64,000 nt of DNA from positions 186,001 to 250,000 of the forward strand of contig NMRA01000422.1 in the NCBI GenBank assembly GCA_002633005.1, read 5' to 3'. Below the pieces are notes generated by a model that saw nothing but the letters and a program-made list of their open reading frames with translations, made no database searches and had not been told where the DNA came from. Position 1 is the stretch's first letter; each line of letters starts with the position of its first letter. A program made the position numbers and the translations under genes. This document shows positions 10,801 through 23,029 of this stretch, in pieces. This stretch comes from Phoronis australis. Its lineage: Eukaryota; Animalia; Phoronida.

Positions 10801-13800
10801 AGATCATTTCAAAACTGAGTAGCGAGCAAAATAAGACAAATTCTATAACTGTAAGTAGCCTAAATCAAGACTCGTTTTTTCATGGCAAGCAAAAGATAAA
10901 TGCTGCTTTAACTCTGATCAAATCTACGAAACGGGAATGAAAATTACCAAGAGACCTTCTACTACGTCACAAGAAGTCAACACCGTGTCAGCTGGTAGTG
11001 CTCAACTACAACTCTGCGTTATTTGATAGCGGTTCTTGCATAGGCGGATTTAGGGGGGGGGCCCAGGGGGCCCAGGCCTCCCCCTTGGCTGCCGCAAAAA
11101 AATAAAACAGCAAGAGCGTAGGGAAATGTTGAATTTATTAATTAACCCCGGTAATTAAAATTATACGAATGAAACAAGATTTAAATGTGTGCAGTTTTAA
11201 TGTTTTTTTTGGGGGGCCCTCAGATCCAATTTCAAGTGTCAAATTCGGAACACGGCGCAATCGTAACGGAACTATGGCTAAGCATAGGCTCTCCCGCGAT
11301 ATCTCAGGCGTCTGGCAGTGGCGCTGGGCACTACGACTCCGTTTCCGTCGTCTGCTCCACTGTGCAATGAAGAAAATTACTTCATTTTTTAAAGAAACTG
11401 GAATTTGAGTGATCGGTGAAAAAACAGAAGCTGCTGGTAAGATGTCAATTTTAATCGAAGCTTCAGTGAATCACTCAGAAACTCATAATTCTCTCTTTGT
11501 CAAACCTTAACTTAAAAGACGATTTCCAAAGCAATCGCGTCATTATTGCCAACACAAAAAAACGGATTTGGTCTTTTGAGCAACTGAAGACTATTTTAAA
11601 TACAACAAATTTGTTACGAACTGATTGCACAAAAAACATGTAATAAGCATTTCAAAAAGAAGGAGTTTCCGCGCGCAAACGCTGTGGACCATAAATAAGT
11701 AGGTCTCTTAGTGTCAAATTTAGAGTTAAATTGTGGTGGTGCAGGGGTAAAGCACACGCGCTTTACTTATTACTAGCAAGGTCGTGAGTTCGAATCCGTG
11801 GTACTAGCGATTTTTGCTGGTTGACACATTCTTCGTATTTTTCTATTTTTTTTGCCTTTTTTCTTGGATAATACTTCAGGAATCAAGGAAAATGCTTGAT
11901 TTTAAGAGGAAAAAACAAAAAAATTTCCTGGGTAAACCCCCCTCCCGACCTCCCCCCATTCGGTGCTATGCACATCTACATCGTGCTTGGATCGAATATT
12001 TACAGACAAAATGTTGGGACCCCCCTTGTGATATCCTAGATCCGCCACTGTCTTGGTCTGAATTTTGCTGAACGGGTTTGTACTCGTTGTCAGAATCTTA
12101 CAAAAATTATGTAGTGTCGTCCACAGACTGCACAAATTTCATATTCATCCAAAATGTTCTCACACAAACTGTCTGATTTGTCTGACATTTCGGCCCCTGA
12201 TGCCCAAACACCTATGTCCATTATGAGTATTCAGGGGAGATAAATCTCATTTACTTTCAGAGTGTCTGCAGCATTATTATGAAGGTAAGTAAAATTATAG
12301 TTTTTGAACTACGACTAACGATTAATCTAAGGCCTATTTATTATATACTAAAATGTTTACGCTCATCAAAAGTCACAAACAGTCAATTCTTTGAAAGACT
12401 TAAGGAATTATATAAGCACACAAAAATGACTGACATTTTCTAAAGTATTGTTTTGTGATAGCTATGATACCGAACTTGAGAATGGTAAAATATTAATTTC
12501 GGTGCTACTTATATTACAGAAATGTCGTATTACCTCCTATATATTTGACATTTCACCATTGATCAAACAATTTCAACTAGTAACAAAGTACCAAGCTCAA
12601 CATGGCGTTGACAATATATGGTAATTCTCTACTTCTTTATCACTCAATATGGCCGACAAGTGAAATTCTTGTCAAATTTCTCCACAGACGGAAAGACTTG
12701 TTGTATCATTAGTACTGTGTATGCCGCAAAACAATATTTGGCAAGTTACTTGCATCTGAAGCTACGTCATCACGCTTTGAAAAGCGAAAGCATAACAATT
12801 TTGTCAAATATTTTTGTGCAAAGGATGACTATGAAGAATTACCAAAACACACAAAAGAATTTCCTTACAATTTCAAACTTCTTCTCCAAGTAGCTAGCCC
12901 AGGCCACAATGTACTGACCAACCGTGACGATGGCCGTCAAAAGTGCTGCCATCTCCAGGAGACCCATCTTGCGTACTTTGCGGTAGTAGTACACTGGCTG
13001 TCTCCAGTCGGGCAAGCCATGCTCCAGAATGGAGTTGTACCTATGTATGCAAGGTTTAAGTTAGTCGCAGTCCACAGTCCCAATCACAACAAGGAAACAA
13101 ATATTGTTGGAAAGGGGTACCAAGTTTAGGGAATGGGTACATAGCATTAAAACTAGTTGCTGTTTTACAACTTTACACCGTCTCCTGCCTCCCACCTAAA
13201 ACTTAAGGAGTCAGCAACTTAATCTTTGTGTAAAATTACCCACAAAAAATAGAAATTCAATACCAATTCATATGTAGCCTGGGGCGCATTCTGCACACTG
13301 ACTTCATGCGAGAAATGAATGAACACAATACCACACAAAACCATGCAAGAGAATGGCAGGTGTTTCTCGAAATAGTTCCCGAGCTCATAAAATGGTCGCC
13401 ACTGAAATGATTGGTCCATGAAGCTGGAATGTTGAATTTTGGGTCGGAGTAGCTATAAGTAAAAATGCTACTTCCGTTGCATGACCAAAGATTCCTTGCC
13501 GCATCTAATATCTCTCTTGGTAGTGAGGAGTGCAGCCCAGGGGAAGAGAGACCACCAGACTCAGTTCTCATCTACCCAGCTGCCATTTATTTGTGTTCTA
13601 AGTTTTTAACAAAATATAATAGTCACAGCTTCTTTACACTAAGTTGACTCATACTACCACTTACACGGTCACAGTACTGCTTACAGATACTACCGCTTAG
13701 ACAGACACAGTACCACCTACACAGACTACTGCTTAGACAGACACAGTACCACCTACACAGACTACTGCTTAGACAGACACAGTACCACCTACACAGACTA

Positions 13801-16438
13801 CTGCTTAGACAAACACAGTACCGCCTACACAGACTACTGCTTACACACACTACCCAAGGTTCGATTTAGCCACCTGCAGTTTGTCAATGCAACTTCATAT
13901 TGAGTTTGGTGATTGTTTCCGATGGTCTAAGTGCAATGTACATTACTGTTCAAATACTGCATACAACTTACTTATCCCTCTTGTCTGGATCTCGCAGGAC
14001 TTCGTGCACAGCCACAAGCTGCAAGAGAAATGAAAACACGCGGATAAGGTGGAAATGGAAATTAAGAAGTTTATTTCCCCTCACATGACTGGACGCAATC
14101 TATGTGTGGGACTCGAACCTCATTTGCAATCTTACAAAACAGTTATTTTTGTTCAGTTATAAAATCAGAATATCACGCAATAAGAATGCGTGCATTCCAG
14201 CAGTGAAAAGTGGAACGGAAAGCTATTTTACACACTCACTTATCCATCTCATGTGAGTAAATGTAGGGGAAACAAAATAATTTTAAGGACAGTATAACGG
14301 TAGCTTTACATTCATATCATAGCTCAGCACGGTAAAATGCAGGTCTTTAATTGTAAGAGTTTGAATTTATTGTGTAGTGCATACTTGGTATTAAGCTTCA
14401 ATGAAAGAGAATTCATTTTCAGGAGAGCACTGCAACTTTGATATCAAATAAATGTTCTAGGAGGCAGCGAGCTTGATTAATATATAATAATTGCTTCAAT
14501 AGAAAGCATGACGGAATACACTATATGTCTTTGCCCATTTATGAATTGCTATGCAATTGTGGTATAAGGTTATGTAGGACCCTAGAAAAATGCCCAAAGT
14601 TGGCCAAATTTGGAACATCACATTTTAAAAATGGCTGATCGGCTTCAAATGAAACTTTCAGATACTACGCGTTATGCTCTGTTTTCCATAACCATTTCAT
14701 GATTTGTTTTTAATAATTTTGCTTTTGCATGAGGAGCTATCAAAAATAGAACTTTCATGATTTTTCTGAAAAATCTCAAAACTTGCATGAGACAAAAACG
14801 AAATGGCATTTTAGAAAACTGTAATAGTTTTTGAGATTTCATGTCGAACATTTATATCAAATGAAGTTTGGTCATGTGATTGCTACCAATGTTTTGACAT
14901 GAATATACCATTCTTTTTAGTTAAATTTAACAGAAAGGCTTGGTCACATGGTCCAATTAATGGGAGATTGGTATAAAAGTCAAAAATCAAATTCTGCAGG
15001 CTTCCTACTTTCAGAAAATATATATCATACTTTTATTGTGTAAAATCTACAGTTTAGTTGATATTAAGCTATTACACAGACTTGTCGATAAGGTCCTACA
15101 TAACCTTAAGATTGTTAACGAAACGGTAACTTAGAAAACTGAACATTTATATTACACAAAATTTGCTCAATGTTAGTGATCCTCTTGTTTTGCTATGAAT
15201 GTAACTTCCTTTTTTACTAAAATTTAAAAGAAATGCATAGTAGCGTGACCTAAATAATAGCATACTGGCGTAAAGCCAAAAATCAAATTTTACCAAATGT
15301 CTACTTTCAGAAGATATATACCTTTGCTGAGCTAAATTCTATAGTTCTGTAGATATTGGCTAAATGTACAGTCTTGTCAGTAAGGTCCTCCACAACCTTA
15401 AACACCACTTCACTTAAAAAAAGAAATTATGATCAAACACGCAAGGTAACTAAGAAGAATCTTTTAAGTATGTCAAATGTACTTGTCTAAATTTGATCTC
15501 AGCATTTTCTTCTTTATTTTTATCCGGATGCAACTGTAGTGACAGTCGTCTGTAAGCCCGTCGAATGTCAGATGAAGATGAACTCTGCAATAAAAATATT
15601 CAACTCAATGAAGTGCTCATATTTAATTGCCCCAAAAAACAATTATTTACTTTGTGTTGACAAGTAAATACACTGTATGGACATCTAGACCTTCCTTAAT
15701 AGCTTTGTGAATTTGATACCGTTGTCATTGGTCCACCAGTAAATAGCAGAAGTTTAAACGATTACTAAATCTTGTTTTGATGATTTCAACAAATCTTCGT
15801 TTTGTCTCCTGCTAATGAATCATTGGCGTCAATCTTCCAACCTATAGCCAGCTGGAATCAACTAAAAACTCATACTAGTGCTAACTATACTGCACACTGT
15901 AGTCCTTAGTGGGTGGTCTTTTCCCACAGTGGCCATGAAATTTGCAAAAAGCAGAGGAGCTTTCAAATTTCCTCCAGACTTTTGAGGGTTGTTGAAGATT
16001 ACAGAGCAATATTTTGTTTCACAGAAAAACTGTGTGGATTAAAGGAAAATTTAGTGGCTGCTAACATAACCCAAAATGTGAATTGGCAAGTTAAAAACCT
16101 TCTAACTTTGCCAGCAGTAATGGTTTCGAACAAAACTTGAATTGTCTCTTCAAACATCTTCTACAAAACAGTTCGACCTAGCGCAGCTCATTAACAGCTG
16201 TCAGCTGAAAAAACAAGTGAGGGAAACTGGGAAGGCTGATCATTAACAGCGATGAACTGCAATCGTACATAGCTACATATGAGAATACCTGTTCAACCCC
16301 CATCAGTTCGTAGAAATTTTGGTTAACTTCTTCGACAAGATCAAATAGTTCTAAATCATCGTTATCCCAAGACATGGAACCGCCGAAGAATGACACGAAC
16401 AACAGAAAAGACAGCACAGCAACACAGGAGGCGGCCAT
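4771..16438 (-). CDS. DNAJC1: DnaJ homolog subfamily C member 1 (ERdj1/MTJ1), complete 11-exon gene, 508 aa
   Basis: Exons 16438-16289, 15584-15483, 14018-13972, 13040-12869, 9939-9811, 9491-9341, 8545-8391, 7735-7619, 6782-6719, 5915-5551, 4845-4771. All introns are GT-AG with compatible phases; total 1527 nt. Motifs: WDNDDLELFDLVEEV..NFYE, RRAYRRLSLQLHPDKNK, GLPDWRQPVYYYRKVRKM, TM, SANT1 FPGGTSRRWEKIA, SANT2 WNQNQQKILEWALAQYP..ERWDKIA. Confidence 0.95.
5551..5915 (-). CDS. DNAJC1: DNAJC1 exon 10 (SANT/Myb domain 2)
   Basis: tttcag|TTGADMQ...WNQNQQKILEWALAQYPRTTAERWDKIAEHIPGKTK|gtaagg. Confidence 0.93.
6402..6622. ncRNA. Inverted pair of degenerate minimal hammerhead-ribozyme motifs flanking a tRNA-like segment (DNAJC1 intron 9)
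   Basis: Minus-strand arm TTGAAGATGGCCAG-agaaatga-CTGGCTGAAATGTCGTGCC; plus-strand arm CTGAAGATGTGCGG-agaaatga-CCGACCGACATGTCATGCC; third relative at 58976-59016 (-). Confidence 0.45.
6719..6782 (-). CDS. DNAJC1: DNAJC1 exon 9
   Basis: ttccag|VVSMAKQVNASSGSHVSTSFQ(G)|gtaatg; bridges phase 0 to phase 1. Confidence 0.82.
7619..7735 (-). CDS. DNAJC1: DNAJC1 exon 8 (SANT/Myb domain 1)
   Basis: ttacag|GEWQEDEVALLIKAVARFPGGTSRRWEKIAEFVGRPVCQ|gtgaga. Confidence 0.93.
8391..8545 (-). CDS. DNAJC1: DNAJC1 exon 7
   Basis: cttcag|(D)EVVKKPKKKKIVDIPQYSEIVASVDRPVVYQEMVNLSGDSSEAEGAKNKKK|gtatcc; donor position chosen by phase. Confidence 0.75.
9341..9491 (-). CDS. DNAJC1: DNAJC1 exon 6
   Basis: ttacag|DLLPFRLSYLTVHTCINLPAYCRSWVLQYQQWQEEKRQRKQEEEEANQEP|gtatag. 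Confidence 0.88.
9811..9939 (-). CDS. DNAJC1: DNAJC1 exon 5
   Basis: ttttag|EEVLSSRIKKDRKSKKAKQASNREEIHDLIEGEINALSKPRIM|gtgtgt; basic post-TM stretch. Confidence 0.85.
11039..12050 (+). mobile_element. ~1 kb non-autonomous DNA transposon (CA..TG termini, 5-bp TSD; hAT5-like), copy 1, in DNAJC1 intron 4
   Basis: Termini CATAGGCGGATTTAGG / CCTAGATCCGCCACTG; TSD TCTTG; homologous to 39190-40578 and 56557-57573. Confidence 0.85.
12869..13040 (-). CDS. DNAJC1: DNAJC1 exon 4 (end of J domain, TM segment)
   Basis: YNSILEHGLPDWRQPVYYYRKVRKMGLLEMAALLTAIVTVGQYIVAWASYLEKKFEI|gtaagg. Confidence 0.95.
13650..13850. repeat. 36-bp minisatellite, about 5.5 copies, in DNAJC1 intron 3
   Basis: Unit CACAGTACCACCTACACAGACTACTGCTTAGACAGA. 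Confidence 0.9.
13972..14018 (-). CDS. DNAJC1: DNAJC1 exon 3
   Basis: ttgcag|LVAVHEVLRDPDKRD(K)|gtaagt; 47 nt. Confidence 0.92.
14568..15105. mobile_element. Kolobok-type MITE; diverged relatives at ~15280-15401, ~23720-24230 and ~49193-49670 (inverted)
   Basis: TIR GGTTATGTAGGACC / GGTCCTACATAACC flanked by ATAA and TTAA. Confidence 0.65.
15483..15584 (-). CDS. DNAJC1: DNAJC1 exon 2 (J domain, HPD)
   Basis: ttgcag|SSSSSDIRRAYRRLSLQLHPDKNKEENAEIKFRQ|gtacat; 102 nt. Confidence 0.95.
16289..16438 (-). CDS. DNAJC1: DNAJC1 exon 1 (signal peptide and start of J domain)
   Basis: MAASCVAVLSFLLFVSFFGGSMSWDNDDLELFDLVEEVNQNFYELMGVEQ, then donor CAG|GTATTC. Confidence 0.93.
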
Positions 16439-16970
16439 TTTTAAACTGCAAAGTGCGAGAGCCATCTAGTGGGGGAAATTAAGAGCTCGTTGGCGTCTGA
16501 AACCACATCATAGACCGTCGAACTCCGTAAAGTATTTGTAGCACGTATTTACTTGACGAGATCTATTCACGTTATCACATACCACTGAATTCTCAGACCT
16601 ATTAGTAAAAGGACGTTAGAGCAGTTAAAATAAGAGAACAGTTCAATAACTCGAGAACCATATATGTAGGTTGTAGCCAGCGAGAAACGGATGACACAGT
16701 GCTTTTCAATAGCCTTGGCAAGATACACACCGTCACTGTACCAAGTTTTAGAAGAATCCATCATAGGACTTAAAGGTAAAAATAGGCAAGATATTTTCGT
16801 CAGATGCAACCCTGTATCGTGCGTACAAACAAACTACAGTAAAAGACAAATTGACTAGGGGCACAACGACTGTGTTGTAGTGGTAAAATTAGACTAGGTA
16901 AGTAGGCCGCCCAAAGCCCACCGCATCAACTGAGCACTGAACGTAACTTACGGTGCGCAGGCGCAACGTT
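16430..16970. promoter_or_regulatory. DNAJC1 promoter region, possibly bidirectional
   Basis: YY1-like AAAATGGCCGCC overlapping the ATG (- strand), CTCF-like CCACTAGATGGC (16461-16472, - strand), NRF1-type TGCGCAGGCGCA (16954-16965), and a + strand consensus donor AG|GTAAGT at 16897/16898. Confidence 0.45.
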
Positions 16971-17079
16971 CAAATGCCAAAAGGTGGTTGGCTGCACCTA
17001 CGTGCGCCTACGCTCCACTACAGCACTGACAACGATCAGTGCAAACTGAATCGCCATCATGTTCCTACAAATACACCAG

Positions 17080-17451
17080 GGCCCGGAATCTAATCTTTGT
17101 ACTCAAAACGAACTCGAAATTATTTTCGGCAATTTCTCTGCTACTTTTGTGCGAACTCAAGATAACCGGGTCATTTGACTGTGTTTACCCATCTCACTTT
17201 GATTCTAGTCCAAAAAGCACTTGATGACCCTTATTCGAGCAACAAACTCCAGTAAAAACTTGAAATTTCGAGTTCAAACTCGAACTTTTAGCCTTAATAT
17301 TGGGTTTATCAACTGCAAATTAGGACTAAAAATTATCCACGTAAGTCGTTATGTACTCGAGCATAGAATAATAGACACTTTTCTTGAGTTGGCACAAAAC
17401 CAGAGAAAATGGCAAACATAATTTCGAGAAAAAAGATTAACAGCGATGGAC
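17080..17451. mobile_element. MITE of the GGCCC family, inverted relative to 2125-2509
   Basis: Starts GGCCCGGAATCTAATCT; CAG on both flanks (17077-79, 17452-54). Confidence 0.6.
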
Positions 17452-19423
17452 CAGAACACGAAACGAAATTGATACTAGAGGATACTGCAGTATTCAGTAT
17501 CGTCCGAAAATCAATGTCAGATGGGCTGTCTCCCTGAAGGAGCACATAATGCCAATTTTCATAATGATCCTTAGAATGCTTTGTCTCTCAGAGAGACTCA
17601 AAAGTAACGAACATGTCCACTAGGTAGCTTACAGTAGGCGTCAAATCTATCCGAAAATAGCCATGATATGGCGTCATCGTTTCTTTAATAGAATCCTATT
17701 TGCCAAATTTCATAAAATCCGTCAAGGAAAACTAAAGATACGGGGGAAAACGTAAATAAAAAAATCCATTAGGGGAGACAGAGGTTGTCAGGTACGTCCG
17801 GAGGTTGTAGAAATCTGTTGTCACTTCATTCATAGAAGTTGAGATGCACTTGCCTGCAAGGCGGGGGCTCATGAGATACAGCGGCGCCTGACGTGAAAAT
17901 GCGACTAGGAGGTGCCATGGTGGTTGGAGCCCTTCGAAAATCCTCGCCAGCCCCGTATTCCTCCCGGCCGTCATGAACCCTGAAATCAACTTTCATAACC
18001 GTCCTCAGTGCGGCTTGGCCGCTATAGAGACGGACGCCTAAAAAAAAAGTTAAAACGCACACTGGGTGGCGTAAAATACGTCGAATCTATCCGAAAACAA
18101 GAAGACGGCGCCGTCTCCTTAATCTAAATAACGGATTTGCTAAATTTCATGAAAATCCGTAACGGAACTCCAAAGATACAGGGGCAAACCTAAAGAAAAT
18201 ACATTTCCACTATTTGGTGCACATGGGTAGTTGGGTCCGTCCGCCGGAAAAATCGTTCACTATGCCGTCCCATCCAAAGTAGAAACATATCTGCAAAACT
18301 TTACGAACGTCCATCTAGGCCACTTTTGCAGAGTAAACAGCTACTGACGGAGAAGACGGCAAAAGGGCGATAAAAAAGAATCAGCAAAATGATGCCTAGG
18401 CATGCCATCGCTGGGCCAAATGATACCCAGGCATGCCATCTCAGGGGCAAATTTTTATGGAAGAAGGCTACGTTATCCTTTAAGCCGAGTGCAACCCCTG
18501 ACGAAATACAGGTTTGAATTATCTAAAATCATCTTCTTGAATTTAAAAATATTAACTCAAATTTGATCGGGAAAATATGTGCGTAACTAGTGTTTTCGAA
18601 GTATATATGAGTAAGAGCACCTTTTCAAGTGAATATAGACGGTTCACACTTTTAAATACTGAGGCCACCCAACACAAATGGGTAACAGCGAGGTTAAGTT
18701 CTATAGTCCCAAGAATCTCACTAAGGATGCTAGTGTGACCACGTGCTTCGCTTCAAATATATGGCGATATCTTGTGTTTTCGCGAGAATTTCGCCTCTAT
18801 GGAACAGTGCCCAAGTAATTGATAACTGACTTTCTTACAGTGTCACCCCCTAACTCTTTTTACCCTGATGCCAATTTAGGGATTTTTAGCATACCAACAT
18901 TTTTGGAATGACATTTAACTATCAAGGACCTCAATCTTACATTTGTTCCCCTCTTCACTAAGTTCGTGCAACAAGGGACACAGTAGCATAGTACGATCAT
19001 ATCGTAATTCCACTTTCGTTGAAAACACGACTAAACTTTTTGTATGACAGCTTATACAGACTTGCTCGTAGTGTCCAAATTAAAGGAGAACGCCACCCAA
19101 AAAACAACATGTTTTGTGTCAATTTAGATCGAGTAGTTCCCGGCCACTCGATAACAGCAAGTACAGCTCTTTTACCTGACACCTGACGGAGGTATTGATG
19201 ACGTCAGAGGTTCGAATGCAGTCTGTTCAGCAGCTCACAGCACGCTTCCTTGTGTCAGCTTATCGCTTGAATTCATCGTTTTACACCAATAAATCATCAA
19301 AATTCGATGAGAAACCCTTACAAACGTGTTATTTTATTTCGCCGTTACTAATTTTTATGTATTCGAACGTACCGTAATCTACAAAGTTCGGTAGTCCAAT
19401 TTACCAAGCTCGGTAGCGGGAGT

Positions 19424-19917
19424 TTGGGGTCTGTTCAGTGATAAATTTAAATTATTCGTTCGTGAAATACAGACAGGAGAACATAACAGCGTGATGTAAT
19501 TTTAGACTTACGATTTTTTCAGTTCTTAACACGTAAAACGCCTGCTATCCCGATCAGGCCCATCGCATCTGGACTGAAGACATCACGAACATAAACCAGC
19601 CAAGGTTAGAAACTAAAGTTCCAGTCACGCAAAGACTATACTAGTGAGCCAAAAAATGTGCACGCTGATTATTTTGATAAATTAGCCGCGAAACTGCAAA
19701 TCTACTTACTAGCTCGTCGGGGGCTGCGAAGTCAGTTTCTACCCGACCAGGGCAACAGTTGTACAGTAACAATGATTCGAATAATGTACATGAATATCTA
19801 AATAAAGATTCCCCAAACATCTGACCACAGGATATAAAACCGAGTTATTGTTTCACAACAGCTTTCTGTCAGCAAACACTGAATTAGCATACGTTCACAC
19901 AGCCTCGTGCCCGGTCA
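19424..19917. repeat. Dispersed repeat with an inverted, diverged copy at ~50274-50795
   Basis: e.g. atcacgaacataaaccagc (19582) vs gctggtttatgttcgtgat (50598); gttattgtttcacaacagc vs gctgttgtgaaacaataac. Confidence 0.7.
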
Positions 19918-21354
19918 ATTACATGTAGTTTAGTGCATCTAAAGCCGGTAGCGCAGTGATTTATTCATTGCTGGCTTCTCAAAACATTCGCATTCACAAG
20001 GCATGGTTACAAATTGTATCTAATGAGATAGGCTTTGTTTCAGTTTTACATAAGCATTGGTTAGGGTGAAAAAATTCAGTTTAAAACAGAACGTGCACAA
20101 TAAACGTCAACGTGACAACTCGTAATCCCGACTTAGACGAGTGCTCATACGACGAAGACTTTACAGGAAAACACTGATCAAGAAATAATAGAGAGGCTCC
20201 GTGAACGTACACAGACAACGAAACATATGGATAGTTCCGAAAACCGTTTGAATGGGCAGGACTTAGTGTCCATGAGCTAAGTAACCGCACTATAATAATG
20301 GAAACGACTGACGCTTGCGTTTGCTGCCACTAAGTTCCGCAAGTCAAACGAATTCTTGGAGAAGCGCAAATATGTGGCACGGACCATCCTGATTTTACAC
20401 CTGAAAAGGTGTGCTTACGACGTTTTTTAGGGCTGAGAAAAACAACTGGCGAAAACATCCTACACCCAGAGGACCAAACAAAAGCCTCATGAACGAGTCA
20501 GTCGTCAAACAGGTTAATAACATAAAACGTTATGCTCCCAAGCATTGAATTAATTGTATATTTGTTTATGTTTTCATGGCCAACTACAATTCTCCATAAT
20601 CAAAAACTGATCAACAACCGATCCGACAACATGCAGGTCACGCTGACAGACACGGAAAAGTTTCGCGGCCTCATGGTATTAACGGCGTAATTTTCATTCT
20701 TCACTACCGCAATTCACTTCTGAAGCATTATGGGCTCTCGACGAAATCAAAAAAATGATATACCCGCTTTACTCGCAGCTTCACTAGTTCGCACAAGAGG
20801 GAACGATACACCACACGTACAATAACGGCACTCACTCTGCCGAAGTACTGACGTTGCCGCGTCGTTTCTAATCTTCCTTACAGGTTAAGATCTACTGTAT
20901 ACGAGGTGATGGGAATATAGACCGATTAAGAGGGTAAAAAAGACTCATTAAATCCGGTGGCATTCTCCTTGAAGGCGTGCAGTTATGTAGCAAAACAACG
21001 AGAGACATAACAGAAAAACAAATTAAAACACCACCTATATTTCGAGACGTCGTGCCTCGATCATAACTAGGCAATGAGAGCGTCTGTATTAAGCTGTCAA
21101 ACAAAAAGTACAGTCGAGTTTTCAACGAAGTTTGTGCCAACAAAACGCTGCTACTGATATGTACTATCTCCAATTTGGAAACATTTTCTGATCTTCATTT
21201 TTTGTTTGCCGTTTATTGCCGTCCTCCACTGCTAATGCTAATATCTGTTCTCCCTATATTTATTTTGTGCATGTCATCATTCTTTAACTAGACCTGGCTC
21301 ATCTTGGAGCAAGGAGCCGTAGGAATTAGGTGGAAGGAAAAATTGCAACCTTAA

Positions 21355-22312
21355 ACTGTACACACCATGGATTTTTGCACATTTTGAATTACCGGTGGCC
21401 ACAGACTACATGTATGACGTAAAATTTAGCTAAACCCATGTTCATTTTGTGTAATTAACTCAAAATTTTGATTTTTCTTTCAATTTTGCCAATTTTCACA
21501 TTTCCCGCCATGTGACGTCATGGGTTGAACACAAGAGATCAGTGACTAGCATTGAACAATGGCGGAGACCAGGGAATTTGAAAGTGACGACGATTATGAG
21601 CAAGAATTGAACGAATACTATGAAGAAACGTATGAGAATGGTGGCCAGGATGAGGAAATGGGGTTGCACGAAAGCGAGAACAAGTTTAATGTGCTTCCGG
21701 CTGCGTACTTTTCTACTTTGAGCCTTATGAACTGGATCCTCCCGCGAGAGAAGCGGCCTCGGGCTCGGCGAGTCAACCCAGTCATCCAACAGACGATCCT
21801 GAATTAAGAGCTGATGTTTCTGAATGATAAATATTGTCCTTTATTGAACCAGGCCTTCATCGTCTCCTGTGACTGGAGTCGAAACACGAGTCCTCAAAGT
21901 GGGCAGAACACAGAGTGGCCCCGGACCGAATCGCTTGGTCCACGATGACGTCCCACACTCTCGTTCGGCGCACGAAGTCATGCCACTTCTGCGCAACTTT
22001 GGTGTCCTTCGGAACACCGAGACGTTTTCCGCCTGGCTGCTGTTGCTGCAGCCTCCGGAAACACATCTTTTGATCCCTCTACGAACCTTCTCGACGCTAA
22101 ATGTACTTTGCATTCTCTTCACTCTATACACTTTGTCTCTGATCCGAACGGTATGGCGAACGACCTGGGTTCAACCCATGACGTTGTACATAATTATTAT
22201 TTTTTTCAATTTTTGCGTGTTTCTTTATGAGCTGTGCACTAAAGGCACTGAAATCAAGTAAGATATAATAATAAAATTTATGTTGAGGTACTAGAGTCAT
22301 GTTGTGTACACT
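21355..22312. mobile_element. Internally deleted Kolobok-type DNA transposon with a THAP pseudogene (-) and an acidic ORF remnant (+)
   Basis: TTAA at 21351-54 and 22313-16; imperfect TIR ACTGTACACACCATG / CATGTTGTGTACACT; frameshifted THAP KRCVSGGCSN..(F)PKDTKVAQKWHDFV..LCSAHFEDSCF at ~21870-22075. Confidence 0.75.
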
Positions 22313-23029
22313 TTAAATTAGAATAAATCGAGATAACGGCGGCAAGGTATTAAAACAAAAAAAATCAGAACAAAATGACACTCCTAATTCTTATTACAAA
22401 TAACGCCAGTCCTGTCCCTTGTGTAATGAGCAGACGTCTACTGAATGTCACTGTTTTAGTCGCAAACAACTACTAAAACACTTTATAGCGAAATTATTTT
22501 CAGACTCGAATTCATGACGAGTTCCCGTTAGAAGGTTTTTGTCGTAGGTGACTGGGTAGCGTGGTATATAATATTTACGAAAACACTTCATAGTGAAATT
22601 ATTTTAACAGTAGTGTTCATGATGACTTTCCATAACTGAAAATGAGCCCAGGCACTCATTCAATGCCCCGTTACAATGAACCTATTGATCTCGTAAAAAA
22701 ACTTGGCCCTAGGCACCTCATTGTTCAGACCATAGAACTGAGGGTAATGATTGTTGTTTAGACGCACAGTGACACAAGGTTATTTACTAAATACACGACA
22801 ACAAAAGGCAAATACAAGGAAAAGATTGAGCAAGAATCGACGAATCGCTGATCAGGAAAAATGTTGAAATTGTGAAACACGGGATGCGAGTTGCGTCCCT
22901 GCTTTATAAGCAAGAGTTCTTCTTGTGACGCATATGCACACAGAATATAGTGGAAGACGTTCAACGTTTTCCTCTCCTGTATTTAGCTAACACGTCCTTC
23001 TTTCGACGTTATCTCGGATAACAGAAGAA

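Noticed and set aside
11733-11810. Functional tRNA gene
   Set aside because: Acceptor and anticodon stems do not pair well, and it lies inside a dispersed transposon; treated as tRNA-derived.
16178-16465. Upstream in-frame ATG at 16465 as the DNAJC1 start, and ORF read-through to 16178
   Set aside because: ATG 16438 has the better context (AAAATGG) and directly precedes the signal peptide; sequence beyond 16289 is intron.
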